DNA of 64,000 nt from a bacterium (GTDB lineage: Bacteria > SZUA-79 > Acidulodesulfobacterales > Acidulodesulfobacteraceae): the NCBI GenBank assembly GCA_021811805.1, contig JAKAQA010000001.1, forward strand, positions 533 to 64,532, given 5' to 3'. Positions 1-9,565 of the stretch are shown here, piece by piece. The notes under the pieces were generated by a model that did no database searches, had not been told where the DNA came from, and worked only from the letters and a program-made list of their open reading frames with translations. The translations under genes and the position numbers were made by a program. Numbering within the stretch: position 1 is the stretch's first letter; the number at the start of each line of letters is the position of its first letter.

Positions 1-2338
1 TTTCGCGGACAAACTTATCTTTATGAAGAATGGGTGTGCCGTCCGGATTTTCGGCATTAACCGGCCACTGTGCCGAACCGTTTTTTTCTAATAAATCATA
101 GCTAACCCCCGCAAACTGAGGCGTTGTAAGGGCGATTTCGTTCATTATTTCGGAAGGATGTCCGTAAGGCATTTCATACCCCATAGCGCCTGAAATTCCT
201 GCAATTACCTGCCAGTCCTGCAACCCGGCAATAGGTTCTATAACCATCCTTACCCTCTGCATCCGCCTCTCCCAGTTAGTAAAAGTCCCGTCTTTTTCAA
301 GAAAAGACGAACCCGGAAGCAAAACATGCGCATACTCGGCGGTTGAAGTTTTAAATAAATCGTGCACCACAACCGTTTCCATATTGCTTAAAGATTCGAT
401 AATCCTGTTGGAATCAGGGTCTGTCTGAACTATATCTTCCCCCATTATATATATTCCCTTAAATCTGCCGTCTAAGCCGCCTCGCAACATATCCGGAAGC
501 CTCATGCCCGGAGCTCTGTCTAATTTTACGCTCCATATTTTTTCAAATACCGCCCTCGCCTTTTCGTCGGAAATATGTCTGTAGCCGGGCAGGGAAGAAG
601 GTTCCGCCCCCATATCCGCCGCTCCCTGCACGTTATTCTGCCCTCTCAAAGGGCTGACGCCTACGCCTTTTTTGCCGATATTTCCGCAAACCATAGCTAA
701 ATTTGCTATGGCAAGAACTCCGGTAGAACCCTGCAAATGTTCGGTTACGCCAAGACCGTAAAATATCGAAGCCTTGCCTGCTTTAGCATAAAGGCCGGCT
801 GCGCACTCTATGTCTTCTTTTGGGATGCCGCTGATTTTTGATGCTGCTTCCGGCGAGTTTGTTTCATTTATTATAAAATCCTTCCATAACCTGAAGGATT
901 CCTCGTCGCATCTTTTTTCTATAAAATCTTTTTTAATTAAATTTTCTTTTAAAATATAATGGGCCATTGCATTAAGAAGTATCACGTTTGTGCCGGGAAG
1001 CGGCCTTAAGTGGTAACGCGCGGCTATATGAGGCGATTTTGAAACCTCGGTTTTTCTGGGATCTATTACTATAATCTCTGCCCCCAGACGCGCCGTTTTT
1101 CTAATGAACGAACCGACTACCGGATGAGCTTCCGTGGGGTTTGAGCCGATAACCATTATAACGTCGGATTCAAACGCCGAACTTAAATCCTGCGTTCCCG
1201 CTCCGGCGCCGAATGCAACTCCAAGTCCGTAACCTGTAGGCTGATGGCAAACCCTCGCACACGTATCGATGTTGTTGTTACGAAAAACTGCTCTTACAAG
1301 TTTCTGCATTAAATAATTTTCTTCATTTGTACACCTCGAAGAACTTATTGCACCTATCGCATTCATTCCATATTTTTCCTGAATTCCCTTAAACTTTTTC
1401 GCAACAAAAACAAAAGCTTCTTCCCATGAAACCTCCTTAAAAGGCAAACCTAAATTTTCCCTTATAAGAGGATATTTAAGCCTCTCGCCGCTCTTGGCAT
1501 AGCCGAAGGAAAATCTGCCTTTAATGCAGGAATGTCCATAGTTTGAAAGGCTTTTGTCGACGGGAACCGCTATTATGATGTTATCTCCTTTTGTTTCCAC
1601 GTTAAACGAACATCCTACCCCGCAGTAGCCGCAGGTCGTTCTTGTTTTTTTAAAAGGCTTGCCGTATTCCACAACGCCTTTCTCGATAAAAGCCCCCGTA
1701 GGACAGGCTTTTACGCACGCGCCGCAGGAAACGCATTCTGAATTGAAAAAACTGTTTTCTTTGCTCCAGCCTGCTTTTATAACGGAATTAAAGCCTCTCC
1801 CTGTAACGGTAAGGGCAAAATTACCCTGAATTTCTGCGCAAGCCCTGACGCATCTTGCGCAGACTATGCACCTTTTGGGGTCGAATAAAAAATACGGGTT
1901 GGAATTGTCAACCGTAAGATTTAAATGGCTTTTTCCTCTGAATCTTATGCCGCTTAAGCCGAAATAAGAAGCCGCGGTCTGAAGTTCGCATATTCCGTTT
2001 TTAAAACAGGTAAGGCAGTCGTTTGGATGGTCGGAAAGGTATAACTCCATTAAAGTTTTTTTATGAGAAAAAAGTTCGTCCGAAAAGGTTTTTATTTTCA
2101 TTCCGCTTTCCGCATATAAGGAACATGACGGCAAGTATCCTTTTTTTCCTTCGACGATAACGCCGCAAAGCCTGCATGAACCGTAAGGAAGCAATCCGCT
2201 GTAATCGCAAAGGGTAGGAATGTAAATGCCGTTTTGTTTCGCGGCTTGCAATACCGTACTGCCATGCTCGGTATTAATGATATTGCCGTCTATTTCAATT
2301 CTTACCCTGTCTTTACAAATTTCGTTTTCGTCGTTCAT
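1..2338 (-). CDS. fdhA: Formate dehydrogenase catalytic subunit, NAD-linked FdsA/FdhA type with NuoG-like Fe-S N-terminus (C-terminal end runs off the window)
   Basis: Absent from the ORF track because it touches the window edge. My translation from ATG 2338 reads MNDENEICKDRVRIEIDGNIINTEHGSTVLQAAKQNGIYIPTLCDYSGLLPYGSCRLCGV (2Fe-2S). It continues with HPNDCLTCFKNGICEL, CIVCARCVRAC and CVSCGACVKACP (4Fe-4S), TTCGYCGVGCSF (MopB Fe-S) and NIDTCARVCHQPTGYG. The last motif has Cys-His at the Mo-ligand position, codon TGC, not TGA. The ATG is 4 nt after the stop of the upstream gene. Confidence 0.85.
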   Translation of the reverse strand, partial: MNDENEICKDRVRIEIDGNIINTEHGSTVLQAAKQNGIYIPTLCDYSGLLPYGSCRLCGVIVEGKKGYLPSCSLYAESGMKIKTFSDELFSHKKTLMELYLSDHPNDCLTCFKNGICELQTAASYFGLSGIRFRGKSHLNLTVDNSNPYFLFDPKRCIVCARCVRACAEIQGNFALTVTGRGFNSVIKAGWSKENSFFNSECVSCGACVKACPTGAFIEKGVVEYGKPFKKTRTTCGYCGVGCSFNVETKGDNIIIAVPVDKSLSNYGHSCIKGRFSFGYAKSGERLKYPLIRENLGLPFKEVSWEEAFVFVAKKFKGIQEKYGMNAIGAISSSRCTNEENYLMQKLVRAVFRNNNIDTCARVCHQPTGYGLGVAFGAGAGTQDLSSAFESDVIMVIGSNPTEAHPVVGSFIRKTARLGAEIIVIDPRKTEVSKSPHIAARYHLRPLPGTNVILLNAMAHYILKENLIKKDFIEKRCDEESFRLWKDFIINETNSPEAASKISGIPKEDIECAAGLYAKAGKASIFYGLGVTEHLQGSTGVLAIANLAMVCGNIGKKGVGVSPLRGQNNVQGAADMGAEPSSLPGYRHISDEKARAVFEKIWSVKLDRAPGMRLPDMLRGGLDGRFKGIYIMGEDIVQTDPDSNRIIESLSNMETVVVHDLFKTSTAEYAHVLLPGSSFLEKDGTFTNWERRMQRVRMVIEPIAGLQDWQVIAGISGAMGYEMPYGHPSEIMNEIALTTPQFAGVSYDLLEKNGSAQWPVNAENPDGTPILHKDKFVRE

Positions 2339-2342
2339 TTTT

Positions 2343-4154
2343 CTAAACTTCTATAATCTCATTTTTATAATAAGTCAGCAGACTTCTAACCGGAATATGC
2401 ATGCCGACTCCAAAACCGCATAAGGACAAGTATTTCATGGATTCCAGAATCTCGTCTATTATTTTTAAATTTTCTTCGGTATTTTGTTTTTTTAAAATCC
2501 TTTCGGACAGTTCTTTTACTCTCACCGTCCCTATTCTACATGGGGCGCATTTGCCGCAGGATTCGTCTATAAAAAAATCAAGGGAACTCAAAAGCCTGTA
2601 TTTAATATCCATCGAATCATCGAAAACGACGATGCCGCCATGACCTAAAATACCTCCTTTTTCGAATACGTCTTCATAGGAAAGCTTCAAATCGAGGAAC
2701 TCGCCGCTTAACGGAAAATATGCGCCGAGAGGCCCGCCTATCTGAACGGTTTTTGCAGTTTCGTCTGCCTCGGCAAGCTTTAAAAGTTCCCTCAGAGTAA
2801 CACCGAAAGGCAATTCAAAAATTCCGGGGTTTTTAACCGCTCCCGAAACCTGAAAAGGCATCGTGCCCTTAGAATTTTCCGTACCTAAAGATAGAAAATA
2901 TTTTAAATTTGAATTATTGTTAAAAATATAAACGGCATAAGCAAACGTCAACACATTATTAAGAACGGTAGGCTTCCCGTATAAACCGCTTACCGCCGGA
3001 ACCGGAGGTCTCTGCCTTACCATTCCCCTTCTGTTCTCGATGCTTTCCATCAATGCTGTTTCTTCTCCGCAAACATAGCTGCCTCCGCCGACTATTAAAT
3101 TAATATCGAATTCCAAGCCGGAACCTAAAATATCTTTGCCGAGATAACCAGCCTTTCTTAATAAATCGATAGCGCTCTCGACTATAAACTTAGCCGTTGC
3201 ATATTCCGCCCTTAAATAAATAAAACCTGATTTAGCTCCTGCTATTAAGCCTGCAATAACCATCCCCTCCATAACCGAGAGCGGGTCGTTTTCCAACAAA
3301 ATTCTGTCGGCATAGGCTCCCGAATCACCTTCGTCGGCATTGCATATTATATATTTATCTTTGGATTGTTCTTTGAAAACAGTTTCCCACTTAATGCCCG
3401 TTGGAAATCCAGCCCCGCCCCTGCCTCTGAGTTTAGAACGTTTCAGTTCATTAATAAATAAAATTTTACCTTCGTCTCCTGCGCTTTTAATTTCATCTAT
3501 GACTCTTTTTAATGCGCTAAACCCGCCTGCGTTTACGTAATCAAAGGAGGATAATGGATTTATATTACCGCACCTTTTAAATACAAGCAGTTCGCCATTC
3601 TTTACTATTTCGGACACATTCGCATCTATATAATTTTCCGGTTTTTTAAAATCGGCGGGATTAACGGAAACTAAATTCTTAATAGGCACGGAAATCATTT
3701 TTATTATTTCGTCGAATACTTCGGACGTAACTTTTTCATATAACAACCCGTCCACCATAACTGCCGGAGAGGCGGCGCAATGTCCGAAACAATAAACGTA
3801 ATCTAAAAAATATTTTCCGTCGGGACTGTATTTGCCGAAATCCAGATTTAAGCTTGTTTTTATATGTTCCAATAATTGTTTTGAACCAGCCGCTTCACAG
3901 CTTTCAGACTTGCAGACGACAATTTTATGATAAATCTTATTATCTGCGGCATCCGTTTTATAATTTCTAAAAAAACTTAGAAAACCGTAAACTTCAGCCT
4001 TAGAGATATTAAGGCTTTCGGCTACCTGCGATACGGCATCTTCGGGTATATAACCAATCTCTTCATTTATACCGTTCAATATATAAAACAAAGAGCCCTG
4101 CCCGCCTTTAGCTTCTTCGGTCAAACGCAAAATCAATTTGCCCTGCTTTTCCAT
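2343..4154 (-). CDS. NuoE-NuoF fusion flavoprotein (FdsG/FdsB-like NAD(H)-FMN-FeS diaphorase module)
   Basis: ORF track gives 2343..4175 from a TTG; the ATG at 4154 (MEKQGKLILRL...) is the more plausible start. The N-terminal part has a NuoE-type 2Fe-2S pattern (CKSESCEAAG ... CFGHCAASPAV). NuoF motifs GRGGAGFPTG (FMN/NADH site) and SCGKCAPCR (4Fe-4S) are present. Confidence 0.85.
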   Translation of the reverse strand: MEKQGKLILRLTEEAKGGQGSLFYILNGINEEIGYIPEDAVSQVAESLNISKAEVYGFLSFFRNYKTDAADNKIYHKIVVCKSESCEAAGSKQLLEHIKTSLNLDFGKYSPDGKYFLDYVYCFGHCAASPAVMVDGLLYEKVTSEVFDEIIKMISVPIKNLVSVNPADFKKPENYIDANVSEIVKNGELLVFKRCGNINPLSSFDYVNAGGFSALKRVIDEIKSAGDEGKILFINELKRSKLRGRGGAGFPTGIKWETVFKEQSKDKYIICNADEGDSGAYADRILLENDPLSVMEGMVIAGLIAGAKSGFIYLRAEYATAKFIVESAIDLLRKAGYLGKDILGSGLEFDINLIVGGGSYVCGEETALMESIENRRGMVRQRPPVPAVSGLYGKPTVLNNVLTFAYAVYIFNNNSNLKYFLSLGTENSKGTMPFQVSGAVKNPGIFELPFGVTLRELLKLAEADETAKTVQIGGPLGAYFPLSGEFLDLKLSYEDVFEKGGILGHGGIVVFDDSMDIKYRLLSSLDFFIDESCGKCAPCRIGTVRVKELSERILKKQNTEENLKIIDEILESMKYLSLCGFGVGMHIPVRSLLTYYKNEIIEV

Positions 4155-4194
4155 TGCGCTATATAATATTTCCAATTTTATATTATTTATATAA

Positions 4195-4205
4195 ATTATA
4201 GCACA
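4195..4205 (-). promoter_or_regulatory. Candidate extended -10 promoter (TGcTATAAT) for the nuoEF-fdhA pair
   Basis: The minus strand reads TGTGCTATAAT in the 178-bp gap between the small-subunit stop (4354) and the nuoEF start. No good -35 hexamer. Confidence 0.3.
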
Positions 4206-4353
4206 TAAACAGGCATAAATTCAGAAATCAAAACGGTACCCGGCGATAAATTTAATGAGGAAATTATTTGCTGACGGGTGCTATGCGGAAACTTGCAATT
4301 TTTCGACAAGGATAAACGAAAGGACAAAAAAGAAGCGCCAATTCAGTATGAAT

Positions 4354-4869
4354 TTAAGAAGTTTTCAGCATATCCATAAATTTTAAAAATCCTGATATTA
4401 TAGCTTCCGGTTCGGGCGGACACCCTTTTATATTCATCGCGACCGTTAAATATTTTGAAACCGGACCGCATACCGAATAGGAATCTTTAAATGGTCCGCC
4501 GGTTTCGGGACAATCTCCCGCCGTAATCACAAATTTGGGCGCCGGAATATTTTCATAAGTCTTTAACAGCGGATTAAGCATATTTCTTGTTATACAGCCG
4601 GTTACCATAATAACATCCGCATGCTTCGGAGAAGCGACAAACTTTATGCCGAATCTTTCTAAATCGTAATAAGGGTTGGAAAGGGCGGCAAGCTCGTTTT
4701 CACAGGCATTGCAGGAGCCGCTGTCCACAAGCCTTACGAATAAACTTCTTCCAAATACCTCGTCAACAGAGCGCTTTAATTCATCTCCTTTTATTAAGAC
4801 AGAATCGCTATTGCCGCTAACAATACTTTGCGTCTTATTTTTAAATAATAATTTACTTAAAAATCCCAT
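4354..4869 (-). CDS. ehrS: Group-4 hydrogenase small-subunit / NuoB-like protein (HycG/HyfI-like), 4Fe-4S ligands retained
   Basis: 171 aa. Motifs DSGSCNACE, GDCPETGG and IKGCPPEPE match the four Cys of the HycG/NuoB proximal cluster. Confidence 0.85.
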   Translation of the reverse strand: MGFLSKLLFKNKTQSIVSGNSDSVLIKGDELKRSVDEVFGRSLFVRLVDSGSCNACENELAALSNPYYDLERFGIKFVASPKHADVIMVTGCITRNMLNPLLKTYENIPAPKFVITAGDCPETGGPFKDSYSVCGPVSKYLTVAMNIKGCPPEPEAIISGFLKFMDMLKTS

Positions 4870-4907
4870 ATATTGTCACCCGTTATAAATATAGAAATTT
4901 CTTATAA

Positions 4908-6413
4908 TCACATATCGTTCCCTGAATAAGATAAATTAAGGCTTTTGTTTATCAAAGGAAAGTCGGCAATTATATTGCCCAATACGCCATATTGAATGGA
5001 CGGCCATATCCTGAACGACGGATCGATATATTTAAGCCTGAAAATTGTTCCGTCATTATCCGCCATAACATAGAAAAAAGCATTGCCCCTAGGCGTTTCA
5101 GAATTCCCCGCCGCATATTTATAAGCTTCCGGCCTATTTTCATAAGCAACGGCAATATCTCCTTTAGGTAAATTAAATAATAAATCGCCGATTATTTTCT
5201 TGGAAACGTAAATTTCTTTAATTCTTAAAGCCGTTCTTGCAAAAACATCTCCGCTTTCAAGTAAAACGGGCTTTAAATTAAACTTATCGTAAATCAGGTA
5301 TGGATACTCGATTCTAGAGTCCCGCGGCAGTCCGGATGCCCTCGCGCTTATTCCGCACAAAGAAAGCTCATCGGCCGTTTTTTTATTAATTTTTCCTGTA
5401 AATTCAAGCCTGTCTAAAACGGTCGATGAATTTACAATAAACGCTTCGCATTCTTTTATGTTTTTTTCGACTTTGTTAATCATATTATCTATGGCCTTAA
5501 GTTTTGAAGAATCAAGGTTGAAATTCACGCCCCCCACGGTTAAGACATTAAACAAAAAACGGTGTCCAGTCAAGCTTTTGTTAAGTCTCATTAATTCTTC
5601 CTGTAATGCAAATAGGCTCTGCGCAGGCAGAGCAAAACCGATATCCATAAAAATCCATGCAACATCTCTGACGTAATTCCATATTCTTTCAAGCTCTGCG
5701 AGTATTACTCTGATATATTTAGCCCTTTCGGTTACTTCAAGGTTTAAAATACTTTCGACGGCCTCAAGATAGCTTATGGTAATATTTACGTTATTGTCTC
5801 CAGAAATCTTTGCGACTAAATCCAGCGCTTCTTTGAAGTCTTTGCCTTCGCAAACTTTCTCTATTCCCCTGTGTTTCCAAAAATGTCTTATTTCAAGCTG
5901 TAAAACCGGCTCCCCCGCAAGCGAAAACCTGAAATGCCCAGGTTCTATAATTCCTGCATGCACCGGTCCGACAAGTACTTCAAAAATTCCTTCTCCCAAA
6001 ACCTTTTTAAACTTATATTCGCCGTATCTCTTCATTTCGGGAATTGAATTATTATAATCCTTTCTTAAAGGATGAAGAGAGGAATTCCAGTTTTCGGGAT
6101 ACAGCATTAAAGGTCTTAAGTCGGGATGTCCGTCTGGCGTAAGCCCGAATAAATCGTATATTTCGCGCTCATACATTTTGGCTGCCGGACAAACTCTAGA
6201 TATAGATTGAAAACTTTCGTCGACTTTGACTGAATATTCGTCTATACTGTTGTTACCGCCGAAAAAATACCTGATGCCAAATTTAGAATTTAAGCTTCTC
6301 TCGTCTGCCGCGGCGATACCAAGCAGATATTTTCCAGACCCTTTGAGATTATCCGCCGAATTTACAAAATCGTTTGATTCGATAATATGTTTGTTAATCA
6401 AAATTTTATCCAT
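4908..6413 (-). CDS. ehrL: NuoC-NuoD/HycE-like large subunit lacking all [NiFe]-binding cysteines (Ehr-type)
   Basis: 501 aa. NuoC-like YEREIYDLFGLTPDGHPDLRPL and hydrogenase-like GPVHAGIIEPGHFRF and HRGIEK are present. The N-terminal CxxC motif is AKISGDNNVNI (nt 5781-5813). The C-terminal DPCxxC motif is SLNLSYSGNDM followed directly by the stop (nt 4908-4943). Confidence 0.85.
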   Translation of the reverse strand: MDKILINKHIIESNDFVNSADNLKGSGKYLLGIAAADERSLNSKFGIRYFFGGNNSIDEYSVKVDESFQSISRVCPAAKMYEREIYDLFGLTPDGHPDLRPLMLYPENWNSSLHPLRKDYNNSIPEMKRYGEYKFKKVLGEGIFEVLVGPVHAGIIEPGHFRFSLAGEPVLQLEIRHFWKHRGIEKVCEGKDFKEALDLVAKISGDNNVNITISYLEAVESILNLEVTERAKYIRVILAELERIWNYVRDVAWIFMDIGFALPAQSLFALQEELMRLNKSLTGHRFLFNVLTVGGVNFNLDSSKLKAIDNMINKVEKNIKECEAFIVNSSTVLDRLEFTGKINKKTADELSLCGISARASGLPRDSRIEYPYLIYDKFNLKPVLLESGDVFARTALRIKEIYVSKKIIGDLLFNLPKGDIAVAYENRPEAYKYAAGNSETPRGNAFFYVMADNDGTIFRLKYIDPSFRIWPSIQYGVLGNIIADFPLINKSLNLSYSGNDM

Positions 6414-7883
6414 TTAAAAAATTATCTTGCCTCCGAATTCATAAGATGCCGATTTTACAATATTTAAAAATTGGGAAGGAATATAAAATAACAATAAAGA
6501 AGAAACCAATAAGAGAATTAACGGGACATATATCATAAAAGGGTGCGCCGCATTTTCGCTTTGGAGTTCATCTGCTCTTTCGTCGCTATCGTTGTTCCCC
6601 GCGTACATTTTAAGAATCTTGCCGAAAAGTCCTATAAAAATAAAAATCAATAGGATAAAAACTAAAAATCCCAATATTATATTGCTTCTAAACACGCCGG
6701 TCATAATGTAAATTTCCCCCAGAAACATTGCAAAAGGGGGCATTCCGCTGATTCCCATAACTCCAAAAAGAAGCACGAGTCCGGTAATAGGAAAATTCTT
6801 AGACAAATTTCTTATTTTTTCGATTTTCCTTTCATGGGTGACCGCAAGAACGTTTCCGGAGGATAAAAACAATAATCCCTTATTCAAAGCATGAAAAAAT
6901 ATCTGGAGGAGGCTTCCTATAACGGCAATTCCTCCTATGCCGAAACCTAATGCGATAATACCCATGTTTTCCATCGAAGAAAATGCGAAAAGCCTCTTAT
7001 AATCGGTCTGTTTTATTATTGAAAAAGCTGAAACCAGAATAGTAAAAAATCCAAAACCTATTAAAAAATACCTTGGGTAATATATGCCTGCCGCCCCGTT
7101 TATCTGATAAAATCTTAAAATGCCCAAAAGCGCCGTATTAAGCAAAACCCCCGACAGTAAAGCGCTGACCGGACTTGGACCCTGCGAATGGGCATCCGGG
7201 AGCCAATTATGCATGGGAGCAAACCCGACTTTCGTCCCAAACCCAACAAGCGCAAGAATAAATGCAAGCATGAGAAAATTTTTGTCTAATTTCGAACCGG
7301 CATGCATAATATTTATAAAAGATAGGGATTTTAAGCTTTCGCCGTAAACCTGCGAAGTCGTGAAATATAGAATAACTATCGCAAAAAGCCCTATCGCTAT
7401 GCCCACCGAACACATAATGACATATTTCCACGTAGCTTCAAAAGATTCTTTGGTCCTATTGAAAGAAACCAATAAAGCCGTGGCCAATGTCGTAGCTTCA
7501 AGGCCTGTCCAGTAGATGCCTAAATTATTCGACAATATCGAAACCATCATACTGAAAACAAATAAATTTTTCCAGAAATAATAAAATTTGAATTTTCTTT
7601 TCGATATGCCGCCCGCTATTTCGGTTCTGACATATCCGAACGAATAAAATGCCACAAACAGTTCAAGGGTCGAAACCGTTATAAGTATGACTAAATTAAT
7701 ATAATCCATAAAGAAAAAACCGCCCAAAAAAATCGTAATGGAATTAAAAGACAGAGCGATTGCTACAACAGCGCAAAATACCAGAACGGATACCGCCAAC
7801 TGCAGATAAGCCATCCATAAAACATCGGCAAAAATTGAAACGATTAAAGCGGCGGCCGGAAGTATCAGTATTAATTCATACAT
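6414..7883 (-). CDS. Antiporter-like membrane subunit (HyfF / NuoN-M-like)
   Basis: 489 aa polytopic protein with the NuoL/M/N signature HNWLPDAHSQGPSPVSALLSGVLL. Abuts the large-subunit gene (its stop at 6414 directly follows that gene's start at 6413). Confidence 0.8.
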   Translation of the reverse strand: MYELILILPAAALIVSIFADVLWMAYLQLAVSVLVFCAVVAIALSFNSITIFLGGFFFMDYINLVILITVSTLELFVAFYSFGYVRTEIAGGISKRKFKFYYFWKNLFVFSMMVSILSNNLGIYWTGLEATTLATALLVSFNRTKESFEATWKYVIMCSVGIAIGLFAIVILYFTTSQVYGESLKSLSFINIMHAGSKLDKNFLMLAFILALVGFGTKVGFAPMHNWLPDAHSQGPSPVSALLSGVLLNTALLGILRFYQINGAAGIYYPRYFLIGFGFFTILVSAFSIIKQTDYKRLFAFSSMENMGIIALGFGIGGIAVIGSLLQIFFHALNKGLLFLSSGNVLAVTHERKIEKIRNLSKNFPITGLVLLFGVMGISGMPPFAMFLGEIYIMTGVFRSNIILGFLVFILLIFIFIGLFGKILKMYAGNNDSDERADELQSENAAHPFMIYVPLILLLVSSLLLFYIPSQFLNIVKSASYEFGGKIIF

Positions 7884-7909
7884 TTTTTGTTTTAATCCTA
7901 TTTAAAAGT

Positions 7910-8527
7910 TTATACGGCAACATTTCTTCTCAGATTTAATATAAGAACGGACAATATAAGTATGCTTACAAAAAGGTCGAAAAGCACGCCTAATTCAACC
8001 AAAAGAGGCATTCCGTGGGTAATGCTGTTAGCCGCCAAAAAAATCGCGTTATCTATCGTCAAAAATCCTATAATCTGAGAAAATAAGGTTTTTCTTGTTA
8101 CCATAAGCATTGCCCCTATTAAAAATGTCGCAAGCGATATAGTAAACACAAAGGAGCCGAACGTTATACCGGTATTGATAATTTTTTGAGCTATCAAATT
8201 GGAAAGCAAAGTTAAAGAGCCTGCGAAAACAACCGCCTCCGGTATGCCTATATACATATCTATTTCTTTATCTATTTTAACCTTTTTAAGCGTTTTAAAT
8301 AAGAAATAAGGTATTAAAATAACTTTAAAAATTACCGTAATAACAAAAGACCCGTATAAATTTATCGAATTAAAATGAACGGCGCCCATTAAAATATAAA
8401 ATGCCAGCATAAGAGACTGAAAAGAATAAAGCTTTATTGCAAATTTTATAAAAGGCGAGCTTACGTTTAATACAACCGAAACAAGTATTAAAATAATAAA
8501 AAGTTCGGCTATTTTTTCCATTATCAT
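7910..8527 (-). CDS. Small polytopic membrane subunit (HyfE-like)
   Basis: 205 aa and very hydrophobic. It lies between the NuoH-like and NuoN-like genes, as hyfE does in hyf operons. The call rests on position and hydrophobicity only. Confidence 0.55.
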   Translation of the reverse strand: MIMEKIAELFIILILVSVVLNVSSPFIKFAIKLYSFQSLMLAFYILMGAVHFNSINLYGSFVITVIFKVILIPYFLFKTLKKVKIDKEIDMYIGIPEAVVFAGSLTLLSNLIAQKIINTGITFGSFVFTISLATFLIGAMLMVTRKTLFSQIIGFLTIDNAIFLAANSITHGMPLLVELGVLFDLFVSILILSVLILNLRRNVAV

Positions 8528-8563
8528 TTTTGAAATTTCCCGCTTATCGAATTAAAAAATAAA

Positions 8564-9544
8564 TTAAAATCCCCTTATCGATAAAATCATCGCTATTAAA
8601 GACAGCATAAAAGAAACCGAAAGCAGGTTCGGCACCCTGAACACCCGCATTTTAGGGCTAACTATTTCGACTCCGGCAATAAGAATGCACAAAATTATCA
8701 TCTTTAGAATGTAAACTATTAAAGACAAGGGGATTTGATAAATATTTACCGCCATATAAGGAAACAATATAAGGGACATTACGGTTAAAAAAACGGTAAG
8801 TTTCAAATAACTCCCGTATTCAAATAAACCAAGATGTTTTCCGCTTGCCTCTAAAATATTTGCTTCATGAAACATCGTAAGTTCAAGATGGGTTTCGGGG
8901 TTATCTACCGGAATCCTTGCGTTTTCGGATATGCCCACTATAAAAAGCGAGATAAACAGCAAAAAGGGAATAGCTATGGATACGGCGTCCGAATTAACGC
9001 CCAATAAAAATGCGTCTGCGGCTCCTTTCTGAATAAAATAAAAAATATCGGTTATTCTGCCCTGCTTTGTATAAATAGCAAGGGATATAAAAATAAATAT
9101 TAAAGATGGCTCCGAAAGAACGGTTAAAAACCATTCTCTGCTCGCCCCCAACCCACCGAAAGCGCTGCCCTGGTCCATTGCGTAAAGGGTCATAAAAAAC
9201 GTCGCGAGCGCAAGAGAATACGCTATTAATATTACGTCGGAGGATACGCCGAGTAAAGAATATCTGTAAAATGCCGGCAACATTAATAAAATAACAAGGT
9301 AGGAAACAAAAACGATATAAGGCGCAATCTCTGATATAAAAGTTGCATCTTTAGATAAAACAATCTCTTTTTTTAATAATTTATTAAAATTTATATAAAA
9401 CTGAAATATATTAATTCCTTTCTGTCCCCTTGCCCGCTGTTTCAATTTATGAATAAAACCCGCAAAAAAGGGTGCAAGAAGGATTATTGTAAAAAATTGA
9501 ATAATTCCTATTATCAAATGTTGAATATTATAATTATAAGTCAT
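8564..9544 (-). CDS. NuoH / HycD / HyfC-like membrane subunit
   Basis: 326 aa polytopic protein with PVDNPETHLELTMFHEANILEASG, the acidic loop typical of HycD/NuoH. Confidence 0.8.
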   Translation of the reverse strand: MTYNYNIQHLIIGIIQFFTIILLAPFFAGFIHKLKQRARGQKGINIFQFYINFNKLLKKEIVLSKDATFISEIAPYIVFVSYLVILLMLPAFYRYSLLGVSSDVILIAYSLALATFFMTLYAMDQGSAFGGLGASREWFLTVLSEPSLIFIFISLAIYTKQGRITDIFYFIQKGAADAFLLGVNSDAVSIAIPFLLFISLFIVGISENARIPVDNPETHLELTMFHEANILEASGKHLGLFEYGSYLKLTVFLTVMSLILFPYMAVNIYQIPLSLIVYILKMIILCILIAGVEIVSPKMRVFRVPNLLSVSFMLSLIAMILSIRGF

Positions 9545-9565
9545 ATCGTTTATATGTACTCTTTA

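Noticed and set aside
1-2338. Possible selenocysteine (in-frame TGA) in the formate dehydrogenase.
   Set aside because: The Mo-ligand position is encoded by TGC (ARVCHQP) and the frame is open throughout without TGA. No SECIS need be invoked.
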